A stretch of DNA of 63,008 bases, filler included, from Octopus bimaculoides (lineage: Eukaryota), in assembly GCF_001194135.2 (NCBI RefSeq). It is 6 parts of 6 records of this genome, joined end to end, with 100 filler letters (N's around TTAATTAATTAA, not from the genome) between each part and the next. Parts side by side here need not be neighbours in the genome. Positions count along the whole stretch, not along the records: positions 1 to 13,539 come from NC_069002.1; positions 13,640 to 21,950 come from NC_068995.1; positions 22,051 to 28,933 come from NC_068990.1; 3 more parts are not named here. One strand, given 5' to 3'. A program made the translations under genes and the position numbers. The number at the start of each line of letters is the position of its first letter. Position 1 is the stretch's first letter. Positions 12,691-25,881 of this stretch are shown one piece after another. The notes below the pieces were generated by a model. That model was not told the origin of the DNA. It did no database searches and saw nothing but the letters and a program-made list of their open reading frames with translations.

Positions 12691-13455
12691 TTTTCTCAAA
12701 TTCCAGGCCTTGTGCCTATGGGAGAAAGAATTATTATTATGATTGTCATTACCTCCATCACACTTGCTATCACCAATATTGCTTTCACACTCACCCCACC
12801 CCCCTTTCTTCAGCCCTTCTTCTCTTCAATATCATCGCTTCAGTCATTCTCCCTCCATCATCACATCCCTATCGTTGTTATCATCCACGCAAATTACATC
12901 TATTGCTATCATCCCCATTGCCCTACCCCCTACCTTCACCACACCGAGTTAAATAGCTGGGTGTGTCTTGTCTTTAATTTGGCGTTGATGTTGTTTATGG
13001 CAATGTTGTTGATGATGATGATGGTGGTGGTGGTGGTGGTGTTATCAAGGACATCGATAACATGCACAGTTATCGAAGGAGTCATTTAAGAGAAGCCCTT
13101 GAAGTGTTTTAAGGGTGTGGTAAAAGTTTACATGCTGAAGGGGGAGAGATAGATAGATAGATAGAGGGGGAGAGAGAGAAAGGGAGAAAGAGAGAGAGAT
13201 ATACAGATAAAACAGACTGATAGATAATCGATAGATAAATAGATAGACAGATAGATAGTAGACAGATAATAGATAAATATGTATATATGTATTTATCCAT
13301 CCATCCGTACGTACACATACACATACATACATACACATGCACACACAGACATAGATACATGTTGTTGGATAGCTGTTGAGTGATTGAGAGAAAGACAGAT
13401 AGATAAACAGACAGATAGATGGATAGATAGGTATGTAGATATATAGATAGGTATG

Positions 13456-13490
<35 letters not shown>

Positions 13491-13539
13491 ATCGGTATGT
13501 AGATAAATAGATGGGTAGATAGATAGATAGATAGATAGA

Positions 13540-13639
13540 NNNNNNNNNNNNNNNNNNNNNNNNNNNNNNNNNNNNNNNNNNNNTTAATTAATTAANNNNN
13601 NNNNNNNNNNNNNNNNNNNNNNNNNNNNNNNNNNNNNNN
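13540..13639. other. Artificial scaffold join: 44 N + TTAATTAATTAA + 44 N
   Basis: Same 12-mer all-frame-stop palindrome at 13584, 21995, 28978, 55582 and 61916, each inside an N run. Confidence 0.9.
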
Positions 13640-15234
13640 TGAAAGGCAAAGTTGATTGACCTCAGTGAGATTTGAACTCAGAACGGTCAATATATTGTCC
13701 GGCATGCTAATGATTCTGCCAGCTCACCGTCTTGCAACAGTTAAATATCATAGAAATGAAATCAAATAAACTCATCAAAATAAGTCTTGGTAAATTTTAT
13801 TGATTTACATTTGTTAAAACTGTTCAAATGATATATCTTTGTTTGTTTTTTTCCATTATTTTTTTTCTACTTCCTGTTTGGTTTCTCTGTTTATAAATTC
13901 AGTATTGATCCATCCTTGTCTTCAAGTTTTGGCAGATTTTTAGATTTTACATATTTCACCAAATTTATTATCAGCATCTTCCATCTCTGACTGAATATTA
14001 AATCATTTATCAAAGTTTAATAATAAATAACTGAATAAACAAATGTTGCTGTTTATCAGGTCAGTCCTGATACTACATTCAAAGGCATTTTAGCCACACC
14101 CATCCCATGGTATCCAGATACCTTCTCAAAGGAAGAAATTGGATAGTGTAGTTTGGGATATAGTGTAAGACATTGTTTGTAGCTGTTATTTCTAGCAGGT
14201 TGTGTGACTATTTTGAAGCTTCCTTTGTGGATAGTAAACAAGGGTTGTTTATATACCATGCTTGTGTGTGTCTGTGTGTCCATATATGTGCGTTGGATAT
14301 TCTGCAAGTAAGCTGTATATGTGTACATCTAATGCAGTACTACCCTTCTGCAGTGCTACGTATTTTCTGCCTCTTGTCCAGATCTCATTGAATCAATACA
14401 CTGTTGATTCTGCTACGCTATTGTCAGTCGACTTACTACGACGAACCAGTCAAACTGTCCAATGTTAGTTGTTCTCAAGCTATTCTTGATGTTGTTGCTG
14501 GCTAGCTGTGTGCTGGTGTTCGATGTTTACGGGGATCATTCAACAACATGACCCCGTGTCACACTCTGAAGCCTGGGCTTGGCACCTTCTTGTGCGAACA
14601 TGTTCTCGAAGAGATGGTAATTTCGTACGATATCCTCTGCTTTGCAAAAAAAAAAAAACAACCACCTCCACCACCACCACTAGTAACATTACACCAACAT
14701 CACTGCAATCACTAACCACCAAAGGGACCTTATGTGGTCACTCAACTTGCTTGAAATAGCAGCCAAATCTCCTTGAAATCTCATCCTATTGTTTTCAATA
14801 AGGAACAAGATATAAGAGAAGATGGATTTTCATGATTGGAAAGGTTTCTGATTATTGGTCATCTTGATCAGGTTTAAGTTGGGAGCTAAACCACAACATT
14901 ACTGTCACCACCATCGGTACAATCCTTGACAAATTGTCCCCCCCCCAAAAAAAAACAACAAAAAATATACAATAACTCCCAAGTTTGCCTTCTTGCCATT
15001 CCTTTGTATATTAATGTCAACTGTAACTGGATAGGTTTCTGATATTGTACATTGAATATTTCTAAACTTCCATAGTTATTGCAGATTTCTGTTATATTTG
15101 GTTCACTCACATGTTTAAACCCCCTTGTCTTTGTATTGTCACAAACAGGCCCTTAGCAATCCTGTACAATTCTTCCCATCTGGCTGCTCTGTAAAATCAT
15201 AACAGCTACTGCTATATGATATATATCATACATA

Positions 15235-15276
<42 letters not shown>

Positions 15277-16336
15277 TTGTATGTATATTCTTGCATGTAT
15301 ATAAATTACACACATACATTTTGGTTAAATCAAACTCTCTGTATATATTTAGTTTTTTTCTTAGCATCTATTCACGTCACTGCTATAAATAAATATTTTT
15401 TTGCTTCTTTACCAAATTCTAAATATAAATTTTTTTTTNNNNNNNNNNNNNNNNNNNNNNNNNNNNNNNNNNNNNNNNNNNNNNNNNNNNNNNNNNNNNN
15501 NNNNNNNNNNNNNNNNNNNNNNNNNNNNNNNNNNNNNNNNNNNNNNNNNNNNNNNNNNNNNNNNNNNNNNNNNNNNNNNNNNNNNNNNNNNNNNNNNNNN
15601 NNNNNNNNNNNNNNNNNNNNNNNNNNNNNNNNNNNNNNNNNNNNNNNNNNNNNNNNNNNNNNNNNNNNNNNNNNNNNNNNNNNNNNNNNNNNNNNNNNNN
15701 NNNNNNNNNNNNNNNNNNNNNNNNNNNNNNNNNNNNNNNNNNNNNNNNNNNNNNNNNNNNNNNNNNNNNNNNNNNNNNNNNNNNNNNNNNNNNGGATGGC
15801 GGTTTTTGTTCTGGTTTTTTTTTTTGTATTTGTGATTCTGTGTGCGGGGCCTCTGTTTAGTTTGAAATGTTTTCATTCAGCTGTTTCCAGAGCTTTCTAT
15901 GCAATTTTATATTTTATAATTGCACCACCACCTCCACGCAAACACACATACACACAGTGTGTGTGTGTGTGTGTTATATTAAATCAATGGTTTTCTCGTC
16001 TCGATTATTGTTCTCACTGTTTCAGCTGTGCATGGTCCAGCCGAATGTAGTGGAAACTACAATCAAGACGAGGTTGCCATTCCAACTCATACAGATAAAA
16101 AGTCTCAGAAATATAGAATTTTTTATATAATACATAAACTCTCTCTATTGAAGAATCATGCTTGAAATGTCATTTTCTCTCTAAGTTTTCTATCAAAAGT
16201 TTCACTGATCGTGAAATTGACTTTTGTTTTTCCTGTTTTTGATGTATGTGTGTACATATATATGTACATATGTATATATATATATATATATGCATATGTA
16301 TATATATATGAACTTTGTTTCCTTTCTCCTTGCTAG

Positions 16337-16528
16337 ACTGCAGCAGCCATTCTGTTCTATGGTGGTGCTTGGATTTTCAAAACTTACCATCATTTTGATC
16401 AACTGACCACAGCCAATATTACCCTCATCCCAGCCAGTATCATAATTGGTGTTGGCATCATATTATTTATCATTGGACTTCTGGGAATTGTCGCTGCTGG
16501 CAAAGAAAACCGATGGCTTCTTGCAGCG
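16337..16528 (+). CDS. TSPAN3: Tetraspanin (TSPAN3-like) exon: end of TM1, EC1, TM2, TAAAILFYGGAWIFKTYHHFDQLTTANITLIPASIIIGVGIILFIIGLLGIVAAGKENRWLLAA
   Basis: Acceptor tttctccttgctAG, donor GTAAGT at 16529, 192 nt phase 0/0 (the usual tetraspanin exon size). TLIPA..II.VG..LFIIGL.G matches recalled TSPAN3. Confidence 0.88.
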
Positions 16529-19500
16529 GTAAGTTTATTTCTTTATTACCATGTTGTTATCATGCTGGCAGATGTGTTAATTATATTTGACTGTATTTCA
16601 GTTTTCCTATTTAAATCTCTGGTATGTTAAAATATATATATATATATATATATATCATCATCATCATTTAACGTCCGCTTTCCATGCTAGCAGGGTTGGA
16701 CGATTTGACTGAGGACTGGTGGAGCCCGAAGGCTACACCAGGCTCCAATCTGATTTGGCAGAGTTTCTACAGCTGGATGCCCTTCCTAACGCCAACCACT
16801 AAGAATGATTGGTGCTCTTTTTGTTCATAAAGTGAGTTAGATGCATAAAACTATTTGTTCTTAACATGAAGTACTTGATAGTGTCTTGATATTCTTTTCT
16901 ACTCTGGGCACAAGATCTACCGCAGTGTGCAACTGGTGCTTAATTTATTTACCCCCAAAAGGATGAAAAGCAAAGTCGACCTTGGTGGAATTTGAACTCA
17001 GAACGTAAAGACAGACGAAATACCTCTAAGCATTTTGTTTGGCATGCTAACATTTCTGCCAGCTCGCCGCTTTTGCAGTGTCTTGATATTAAGACAGAAC
17101 AGATATACAAAGATACTTATATTTACACAAAACCTATCTTGCATCAAAGTAACACTGCCGACTAATATGAAGATTTTATATATATATATATGTGGTGGGG
17201 TGGGGGGCACACATGCCCACACAAATATACACAGTTATATACTCATAAGGTTGATAAACCTATGCATGTCAATGAGAATTAATATACTAACCCACTTCTG
17301 CTTAATTAATCTTTTTCATAGTTCACTAATTAACTGATAAAAAGAATTATTCTTTTATAAGGCAAAGTTGTTTTGTTTTTTTGGCCTTTTTTTTTTATAG
17401 TCTTATGACAATTGACAATGGATTAATTGGAAGTGTAATTGAGTAATAGAGAGTTGTTGTGTGTGAAATGCTGATGTCACTCCACTTGGAATTAAATCGA
17501 TTATGAGGTTCCTTAGAAAGTCACTCAAAAGTCAAGAAAACATCATTGCATTCTATTCCCACTAAATATGAGTGGCACTCAATCAATTTTTAAAATATTG
17601 AAGGATTTAATAAAATAACTTTGTCGATACCAAGATGGTATTCAGAACATTAATTCACATGACGTTTTGATAGGTTTTAGTTTAGATTACATTAAAACAG
17701 AATTTGTGTCACAGAACGATGGGCAGTTTCAGACAAGTTGGTATCAAAAGGTTTACATTGATACAGTATATCTCTGATGGAAGCTTGTTGATCATACCAA
17801 CAGTTCTTCTTTACATTTTATTCTGGTTGTTTCCTGCTGGTGTCAATGATGAGTCAACTTTATTTCAATCTTCTACTGTTAACAACTGACAAATAAACAA
17901 ACCTTATCTTGCTGAGTGTCCTTTTTGTTTCCTCTCTCACACACAATCTTCTCGACTTTGTGACACAATGGAAATCAAACGGTGCTGATTGTGATATGTA
18001 GTGATGGATCTGCCAAGGACACAGGCATGGTCGAGAAGTTTGCTTTCCAACTACATGGCTTCAGGTGCAGTCCCATTCTGTGACACCTTGGGCTAGTGTC
18101 TTCTATAGTCCTGGGCTAACCAAAGCCTTGTGAGTGGATTTGGTAGACAGAAACCGAAGAATCTCATTGCATGTGTGTGGTGTTATTTTTCTAATGTCCA
18201 CTCATTACATTTTCATGGGTTGGATGGAGTTTCTTGAGGCAGATTTTCTCTGGACAGATGTCCTTGTTGCTGACCTTCGTGTGTATGAAGTAATATTTCC
18301 CTATGACCAGCCTTGATTCTGCAGAATATTGGAATTGAATGGTACAGCTTGTATAACGGTGACACTCGTTTATAACTATCCTCCAATGTCAAGACAAGGG
18401 GATTCATATTCACACATACACCACAGTGAGCTTCTTTCAGCTTTTTTTTACCAAGACCACTCACCATACGTATGTGTGTGGGTTTCCCTCATGTCCACTG
18501 GTCTGTAAACAATGGCTTCCTACCAGTGCCATTGGCTTGCAGTCCGTCAGAAATGATATCTGAGCTTCCTAACATTCCTCAACATGTGTGATCTTTGTAA
18601 ACAAAAGGCACCTCAAATTGTGTTGTTTGTTTCCAGTTCACTGTATAGAATATGTCTGAGCTGTTATTTGTGCAATACTCAGAGAGATTATTACCTCACT
18701 TGGACATAAGTGAAGGTTGATGACAGGAAGAGCATCCGACCAGAGGAAAAACTCTGCCTCAATGCACTCATGTCTGATCCATGCAAGCATGGTAGACGTT
18801 AGACAATAATGATGGATCTGTCAATCTGTGATATATGATGGTGGAATTCTCTCCATTGAGAACAATGTATGAACATTTTCTTGTTCAATCATCTGAATGA
18901 GTTACTCATTCAGTTAGTATGTGAACTGGCTGAGTATCCCATAGGTATAACTGAATCATTGTGACATGGTTGGACCTTCAAAATACCCAGTTTCACTCAC
19001 GAGGTTTGGGTCTTCCCAAATCTGTGATAATGGACATTTGCCTAAGATTCCAGACAGTGGGATCAAACTCAGTTCCTCATGGTAGCAAACTGAATTTTTT
19101 AACCTCTCAGTCATGCTTGTATCTGCATATGTGCGCATACTTGTTTGTGCTTTCATTTTTATACCCATTTTCCCATGTTGCAGTTCAACCAGTCCACTTT
19201 GCCCCTTGATAAGTGTGTTCTACTCAAGTCATAAGATCAAGGTTCCTATTTGCAGATGGGGTGATACATTGTGTTCTTGAGTAAAATGCTTTGATTCAAA
19301 TTGCTCCCCCAGTCACTTGTATACCATGAGAATTGGATTAAGCTCTGGCTTTTTGAGACCAAGCGCTTATGACAAATTTATATCTAAGAATCTGTTACAT
19401 AAATATGATTGATGTATTGTTTTACACCTGGATACTCTTCCTGTTGTTAACCCTTACCTGTTTTACTAGTTATGAATATCTCGAAATATTGAGTAACCTG

Positions 19501-19669
19501 AGGTTTTAGAAAACTGATTCTCCTAATTCTTTTGCAAAAAGGCCTTGTTCATTGAACCTGTCTTACAATTCTGTGTTGTTGTTTAATACTGATTCTGCTA
19601 TAAAATTCCTGGTTGTATGTTTAATTTGGTCATGTCTGTTATAACAGTTTCCATGTTTTGTTGTTTCAG

Positions 19670-19744
19670 TACTTCATTGCCTTACTTGTGGTACTCACTG
19701 CTGAGGTCACAGCTGGTCTGTTAGCTTACTTATACAGATCACAT
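19670..19744 (+). CDS. TSPAN3: Tetraspanin TM3 exon, YFIALLVVLTAEVTAGLLAYLYRSH
   Basis: Acceptor ttttgttgtttcAG, donor GTAAGT, canonical 75-nt phase 0/0 TM3 exon with the polar Glu. Confidence 0.88.
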
Positions 19745-21424
19745 GTAAGTATCTCTTAACCATTCCTTTCTCTTTTACTTGTGTGTTTGCATCAAAGTTT
19801 GATCACGCTTTCATGAACTTTCCCTAAAGTTTCTTTCAATATTAACTTCTGGATCTCCTCAGCATAAATGATGGTATTTCTGTTAAGAATGACTATGCTA
19901 GATTACCAAAGAATCAATACTTGGCATTTTAACTTTAATGTTGAAAAATTTATTATATTTAACTTGTCATAGCTCAGAAAAGAAAATCATTTTAATGTCT
20001 ATTTTTCTATGCTGATAAGGGTCAGACAAAATTCATTGTAGCAGATTTTCCGTGGTGAGCAGGATGCATTTCCTGTCGCTAACATTGACAGGTTTCCAAG
20101 CAGGATGATATTTTCTCCGAGTCCAGACATGTTTCCATGGAAGACTGCACACTCATTATGAACAAATAATCATCATACAAGCTGCATTATTTCTTTGCAA
20201 TGTCAAGACACACACCTGACAAGCTTCTTTTTAGTTTCCAAATCCACTTACAGGGTTTTGATCTGCCCAGGGCTATAGTAGAAAACCATTTGCCAATGGT
20301 TACGTGCTGTGGGACCAAACCCAAAACTGTGATTGCAAAGCAAACTCATTAACCACACCTGTAGTTGTACCTAAGGGCTATTCAACCTCTCTAGTTGGTG
20401 CTACAGTTTGATGTTTGGAAGGGCATCCAGCCATAGAAACCAAGCCAAATGACACCCCAGTATCTTATTTTTGGTTGATATAGTTCCCAATGGGAGGTAA
20501 CTTGAACTGCGATGACTCCTCCAATCCATGCTAGCAAGATTGAAAAATGGGGTGCTTCCTCAGATTTTCAAAATAAATGGGTTTTTTTGTTATTAGTGAC
20601 AGAAGCAATATTAGTTCAAAACCTTTCTTTATTTCTGACCATCATTCTCCCATTAATATCACCGTTTATTTATGACTTATTCTCTCTCCCCTGTCACCCA
20701 TCTGCCCTGCTATCCATCACTTTCTGCCACTTATTGTCACCTTCATTTTTTTTTCAGTTATCTCCTTTACTAATCAACGACTGCCCTCATTTTTATTACT
20801 CTCCTCCCTCGCCATACCACTCGTGATAATTTCTATTCAATTTCCTATCCGTCAATCAACATGTAGTTGTCTATCCTCACTCTGTCACTCATTCAGTTAT
20901 GTTGCTGTTGTAAAGTGGTCTTTTGTCACTGTGTCTGTCTTTTGATGACGGTTGTCGCTCTGACAGATATTGTTATATTCCAAAGTCGTCAATAGAATGG
21001 TTCTATCTGACACTGTGTGACTCCCCCCACCCAGTCATACATTGTTATTATCCTCAAAAGGTTGGATCGTTATAACATCCACTCATTATCACACTATAAT
21101 TACTATATCAGCACACACGACTATCAAGTCTTCTCGTACTCTCGGCCATCTCTGTCAACCGGCTATTGGTCTGTTTATAATGGCTGGCTACTACCACTTT
21201 TTACCAGGAGGGGTTTACAGTTTCACTGTACAACAGTTGCCATGAACAAACAGTAACTTTTTAGTCTTGTCAGGGATAGGACAACCTCTCTAGTGCTTGT
21301 ACCACATTAAAATGATTGTTCAGTGTTGCTAGAAAGATCAACCAGTTGTAGTAGAAACTATGGCAAATATGGAATGTAAAAATGAAATGTTATTCACAAC
21401 CTGGTTTGGAAGACAGTGATTTGT

Positions 21425-21683
21425 CCAGCCCATGTCAGCATGTGAAAGTAGACATAAAAATATTTTTCCAATTTATTAGAAACCTTTGAACAGCCCATGT
21501 CAGCATGTGAAAGTGGACATAAAATTAATATTTTTCCAATTTATTAGAAACCTATGTACAACCCATGTCAGCATGTGAAAGTAGACATAAAAATATTTTT
21601 CCAATTTATTAGAAACCTTTGAACAGCCCGTGTCAGCATGTGAAAGTGGACATAAAATTATATTTTTCCAATTTATTAGAAAC
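21425..21683. repeat. Minisatellite of four ~65-bp units in ABAB order
   Basis: Unit CAGCCCATGTCAGCATGTGAAAGT(A/G)GACATAAAA...TTAGAAACC; units 1 and 3 match each other, as do 2 and 4. Confidence 0.9.
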
Positions 21684-21696
21684 CCGTTATATGGAC

Positions 21697-21948
21697 TGTT
21701 AGATATGTAATTCGTCTGACGTTCCGTGTGTCATGTGGTTCGTCTGAGTTCATTGTTTCATTGTTGTTGTCTTGTGGGACTGTCGTAGTAAAATGTCATT
21801 GATATATATATGGCGGACATGACTTTTGTTTATTCATAACGAACATTGGGTGAGTGCGTTCTTTGTATGTAATTGAACAATAAATGTAATAATTAAATTG
21901 TATAACTCGTTATGTTATCTCTGCGAGTCACCCGAGGGAAACATAACA
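21697..21948 (+). mobile_element. LTR-like sequence, 252 bp (solo LTR or end of an LTR element)
   Basis: TGTTA...TAACA termini, internal TATATATA (~21805) and AATAAA (~21879). Followed by a gap, so a TSD or PBS cannot be checked. Confidence 0.55.
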
Positions 21949-22050
21949 AANNNNNNNNNNNNNNNNNNNNNNNNNNNNNNNNNNNNNNNNNNNNTTAATT
22001 AATTAANNNNNNNNNNNNNNNNNNNNNNNNNNNNNNNNNNNNNNNNNNNN

Positions 22051-22420
22051 ATGAGCCCTGCTCTTGATAAGCATACATGACTGCAAACATTGCAGATTAA
22101 GCTTTGCCCATTCACTATACGAGCCGTGCACTTTCGCGCAGCTCGCTTAAATTCTTCATGCTGGATACGTGCTCTCTCAAAAGTGTTGATCCCCTCCTTA
22201 ACCTGCTTCCTCCATCTGAGGCGATGACAGGCATTGTTCTCCCAATCAGTGTCCTGCATATCACAGGCCTTTAATGAGGACTTGACACAGTCCTTAAAGT
22301 GCAGCCTTGGTTTCTGCCGGAGTCTCTTTCCAGTGACAAGTTCTCCATAGAGCATCTGCTTAGAAATCCTGCTATCCTTCATTCTAATAACGTGTCCAGT
22401 CCAACGTAACCGTTGACAGT
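22051..22420 (-). mobile_element. RTE/BovB-like LINE C-terminal ORF fragment
   Basis: RLRWTGHVIRMKDSRISKQMLYGEL...FKDCVKSSLK...W...A..R..WR...C..C. Confidence 0.85.
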
Positions 22421-22423
22421 ACC

Positions 22424-24704
22424 ATGGTAGATAAAGCAATTATGAGTATGAAGACAGGGAAGGCCCCTGGCCCATCAGGAACCACTGCAGAGATGCTCAA
22501 AATATCTGGCAGTGTCGGCTATAGCCTAGTCACCCATATTGTTAACCAGGTGATACACGAAGGAGTCATACCCAATGACTGGTATAGCAGCACCATTGTC
22601 AATTGCTACAAAGGTAAAGGTTACGCTTTAGATACAAATAATTACAGAGGTATCAAGTTGTTAGATCAGGTAATGAAAGTCAGAGAGGGTCATAGCCCAA
22701 CTAATTAGGGAGAGAGTCAGTTTAGATGAGATGCAGTTTGGGTTCGTGTCTGGGAAAAGCACCACTGATGCCATATTTCTGGTAAGACAGCTTCAGGAGA
22801 AATACCCAGCCAAGGATAAACCTCTGTACTTTGCTTTCGTTGATATGGAGAAAGCCTTTGACAGGGTCCCCCGATCCCTCATCTAGTGGTCAGTGAGGAA
22901 ACTAGGGATACAAGAATGGTTAGTGAGAGCTGTGCGAGCCATGTACAGAGACGCTGTCAGTAAGGTGAGGGTTGGCAATGAGTACAGTAAAGAATTCCAG
23001 GTAGAGGTAGGGGTCCACCACGGTTCCGTCCTCATCCCCCTCCTATTTATCATAGTCCTCCAGGCGATAACAGAGGAATTCAAGACAGGATGCCCCTGGG
23101 AGCACCTCTATGCTGATGACCTTGCACTAATTGCGGAGTCACTATCAGAATTAGAGAAGTTTCAGGTCTGGAAGGAAGGAGTAGAATCGAAGGGCCTTAG
23201 AGTCAACCTAGCTAAAACCAAAGTCCTAATAATTAGGAAGATAGACAAAACACAAACCCCTTCAGGTAGATGGCCCTGCTCGATCTGTAGAAAAGGTGTA
23301 GGTAGAAACTCTATAAGATGTACCCAGTGCAAGCTATGGACACATAAGAGGTGCAGCAATATCAAAAGCAGGTTAACTAGCAAGTTAGTTTTTGTTTGTG
23401 GCAGATGTTCAGGTGCAATAAACACTGTAAATGTGCAGAAAACAAGTTCTGTCTCATTCCAGGGAAAAAAACTAGACGTAGTTGATAGCTTCCGCTATCT
23501 GGGTGACCAAGTTAGTAGTGGGGGTGTGTGCGCTGAAAGTGTAGCTGCTAGAATAAGAATAGCCTGGACGAAGTTCAGAGAGCTCTTACCTCTGCTGGCG
23601 ACAAAGGGACTCTCACTCAGAGTAAAAGGCAGACTGTATGACGCATGTGTACGAACAGCCATGCTACATGTCAGTGAAACATGGGCTGTGACTGCTGAGG
23701 ACATGCGTAAGCTTGCAAGGAATTAAGCCAGTATGCTCCGATGGATGTGTAATGTCAGTGTGCATACCTGACAGAGTGTAAGTATCTTGAGAGAAAAGTT
23801 GAACCTAGGAATCATCAGTTGTGGTGTGCAAGAAAGATGATTGCGCTGGTATGGACATGTGGCGAGAATGGATGAGGATAGCTGCGTGAAAAAGTGCTAA
23901 ACCCTAGTGGTTGAGGGAACCCGTGGAAGAGGCAGGCCTAGGAAGACCTGGGATGAGGTGGTGAAGCACAACCTCCGAACATTAGGCCTCACCGAGGCAA
24001 TGACTTGTGACCGAGACCTTTGGAAATATGCTGTGCGTGAGAAGACCCGGCAAGCCAAGTGAGACCAAAATCCAAGGCCTCTGCCAGGGATGCAGCCAGC
24101 CCACTTACGGGTAACATTCCTTCATTGGACACTAAACTCCGCTTGTGAAGACCTGTTGAGGCAAGTGAAATCGAAATCGAAATCAAACTAAATTTGTTGT
24201 AACACTAAACTCGGCTTGCAAAGACCTGTTGGGGCAAGCGAAAGTGAAATCGTGATGGCACCTGTACCAGTGGAGCACTAAGAGCACCATCCGAGCATGA
24301 TTGTTGCCAGAGCCGCTGTCCGGCTTCCGTGCCGTTGGCACGTAAATAGCACCAGCGTGATCGTTACCAACATCGCATTCCTGGCATGTGAAGAGACATT
24401 CAAGTGAGGTCATTGCCAGTGCCCCTGGACTGGCTCCTGTGCAGGTGGCATGTAAAATACACCATTTTGAGCATGGCCATTGCCAGTACCTCCTGACTGG
24501 CCTTCGTGCCGGTGGCACGTAAAAGCGCCCACTACACTCTCAGAGTGGTTGGCGTTAGGAAGGGCATCCAGCTGTAGAAACTCTGCCAAATCAGATTGGA
24601 GCCTGGTGTAGCCATCAGGATCACCAGTCCTCAGTCAAATCGTCCAACCCATGCTAGCATAGAAAGCGGACATTAAACGATGACGATGATGATGATGATG
24701 ATGA
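22424..24704 (+). mobile_element. 5'-truncated RTE-clade LINE: RT with internal PHD finger, long repetitive 3'UTR, (GAT)n tail; disabled
   Basis: KAPGP, YRGIKLL, QFGF, DMEKAFD, GVHHGS, YADD motifs; stops at ~22885 and ~23724; frameshift near 22683. Confidence 0.92.
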
Positions 24705-25118
24705 TATATATACAGTTGAAGTATGACCATTGGAAGTGGCTCCATTTAATTGAACAAAGCAATCACTACATCAAATAAAATGCAGCTAGATAAATAGATA
24801 AATAAATAGAAATTTAACCAGTTCGACACATTAATATCAGTTTTCTCAAACACTTTAACAAAGCAAAAAGATGGAAGAAATTCATGTTGTCAGTATTGTA
24901 GCTAAGAATAGACTACACTTCCAAGAATGGCATGAAGCTTACTGGGGTCATAGCGTATGAAGGATTGTATTTGAGAAAAATTATATTAATGTGTTCAACT
25001 GGTTAAAATTCTATTTANNNNNNNNNNNNNNNNNNNNNNNNNNNNNNNNNNNNNNNNNNNNNNNNNNNNNNNNNNNNNNNNNNNNNNNNNNNNNNNNNNN
25101 NNNNNNNNNNNNNNNNNA

Positions 25119-25881
25119 TGCAGTACGTGAGAAGACCCGGCAAAGCAAGTGAGAGCATAATCTGTGACCTCTGCCAGAACTGTAGCCAGCTCACTAATTC
25201 GTATCTTTACTTCATTGAACACTAAAAACCCTGCTTGTGAAGACCTGTTGAGGCAAGTGAATTTGGAATTTGAAATTTGAAATCTGAAATCGAAATCGAA
25301 CCAAATCCAACGACTGGCACCCATGCCAACCTCTCCTTTATTGGACACTAAACTCTGCTTGCGAAGACCTGTTTGGGCAATTGAAATCGTAATTGAACCA
25401 TACTTGATGACTGGCACCTGCGCTAGTGGAACACTAACAGCACTGTCAAGTGTGTTAATTGCCAGAGCAGCTTTCTGGCTTCCGTGCCAGTGGCCTGTAA
25501 ATAGCACCATTTGAGCGTAATAGTTACCAGCGTTGCCTTCTAGCACTTGTGCTGGTGGCACGTTAGAAAATCATTCGAGCGAGGTTGTTGCCAGTGCCTT
25601 TGGACTAACTCCCGTGCAAGTGGCACGTAAAAAACTAAAAAACATCTTTTTGAGCATGGCCATTGCCAGTACCGTGTGACTGGCCCTCATGCCGGTAGCA
25701 CGTAAAAGCACCCACTACACTCTCTGAGTGGTTGGCGTTAGGGAGGGCATCCAGCTGTAGAAACTCTGCCAGATCAGATTGGAGCTTGATGCAGCCTTCT
25801 GGCTTGCCAGTCCTCAGTCAAATCGTCCAACCCATGCTAGCATGGAAAGCGGACATTGAACGATGATGATGATGATGATGA
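25119..25881 (+). mobile_element. 3' end of the same RTE family with (GAT)n tail
   Basis: Collinear with 24030-24704. Further tail copies at ~10216-10290, 16655-16800 (-), 38124-38280 (-), 38400-38860, 39950-40330, 43040-43200 (-), 46395-46700 and 46950-47110. Confidence 0.85.

Noticed and set aside
16026-16160. Possible terminal exon AVHGPAECSGNYNQDEVAIP...
   Set aside because: Acceptor-like site only; no homology or phase partner.
21425-21683. Regularly spaced repeats as a CRISPR-like array
   Set aside because: No unique spacers, eukaryotic context, and the unit derives from a LINE tail.
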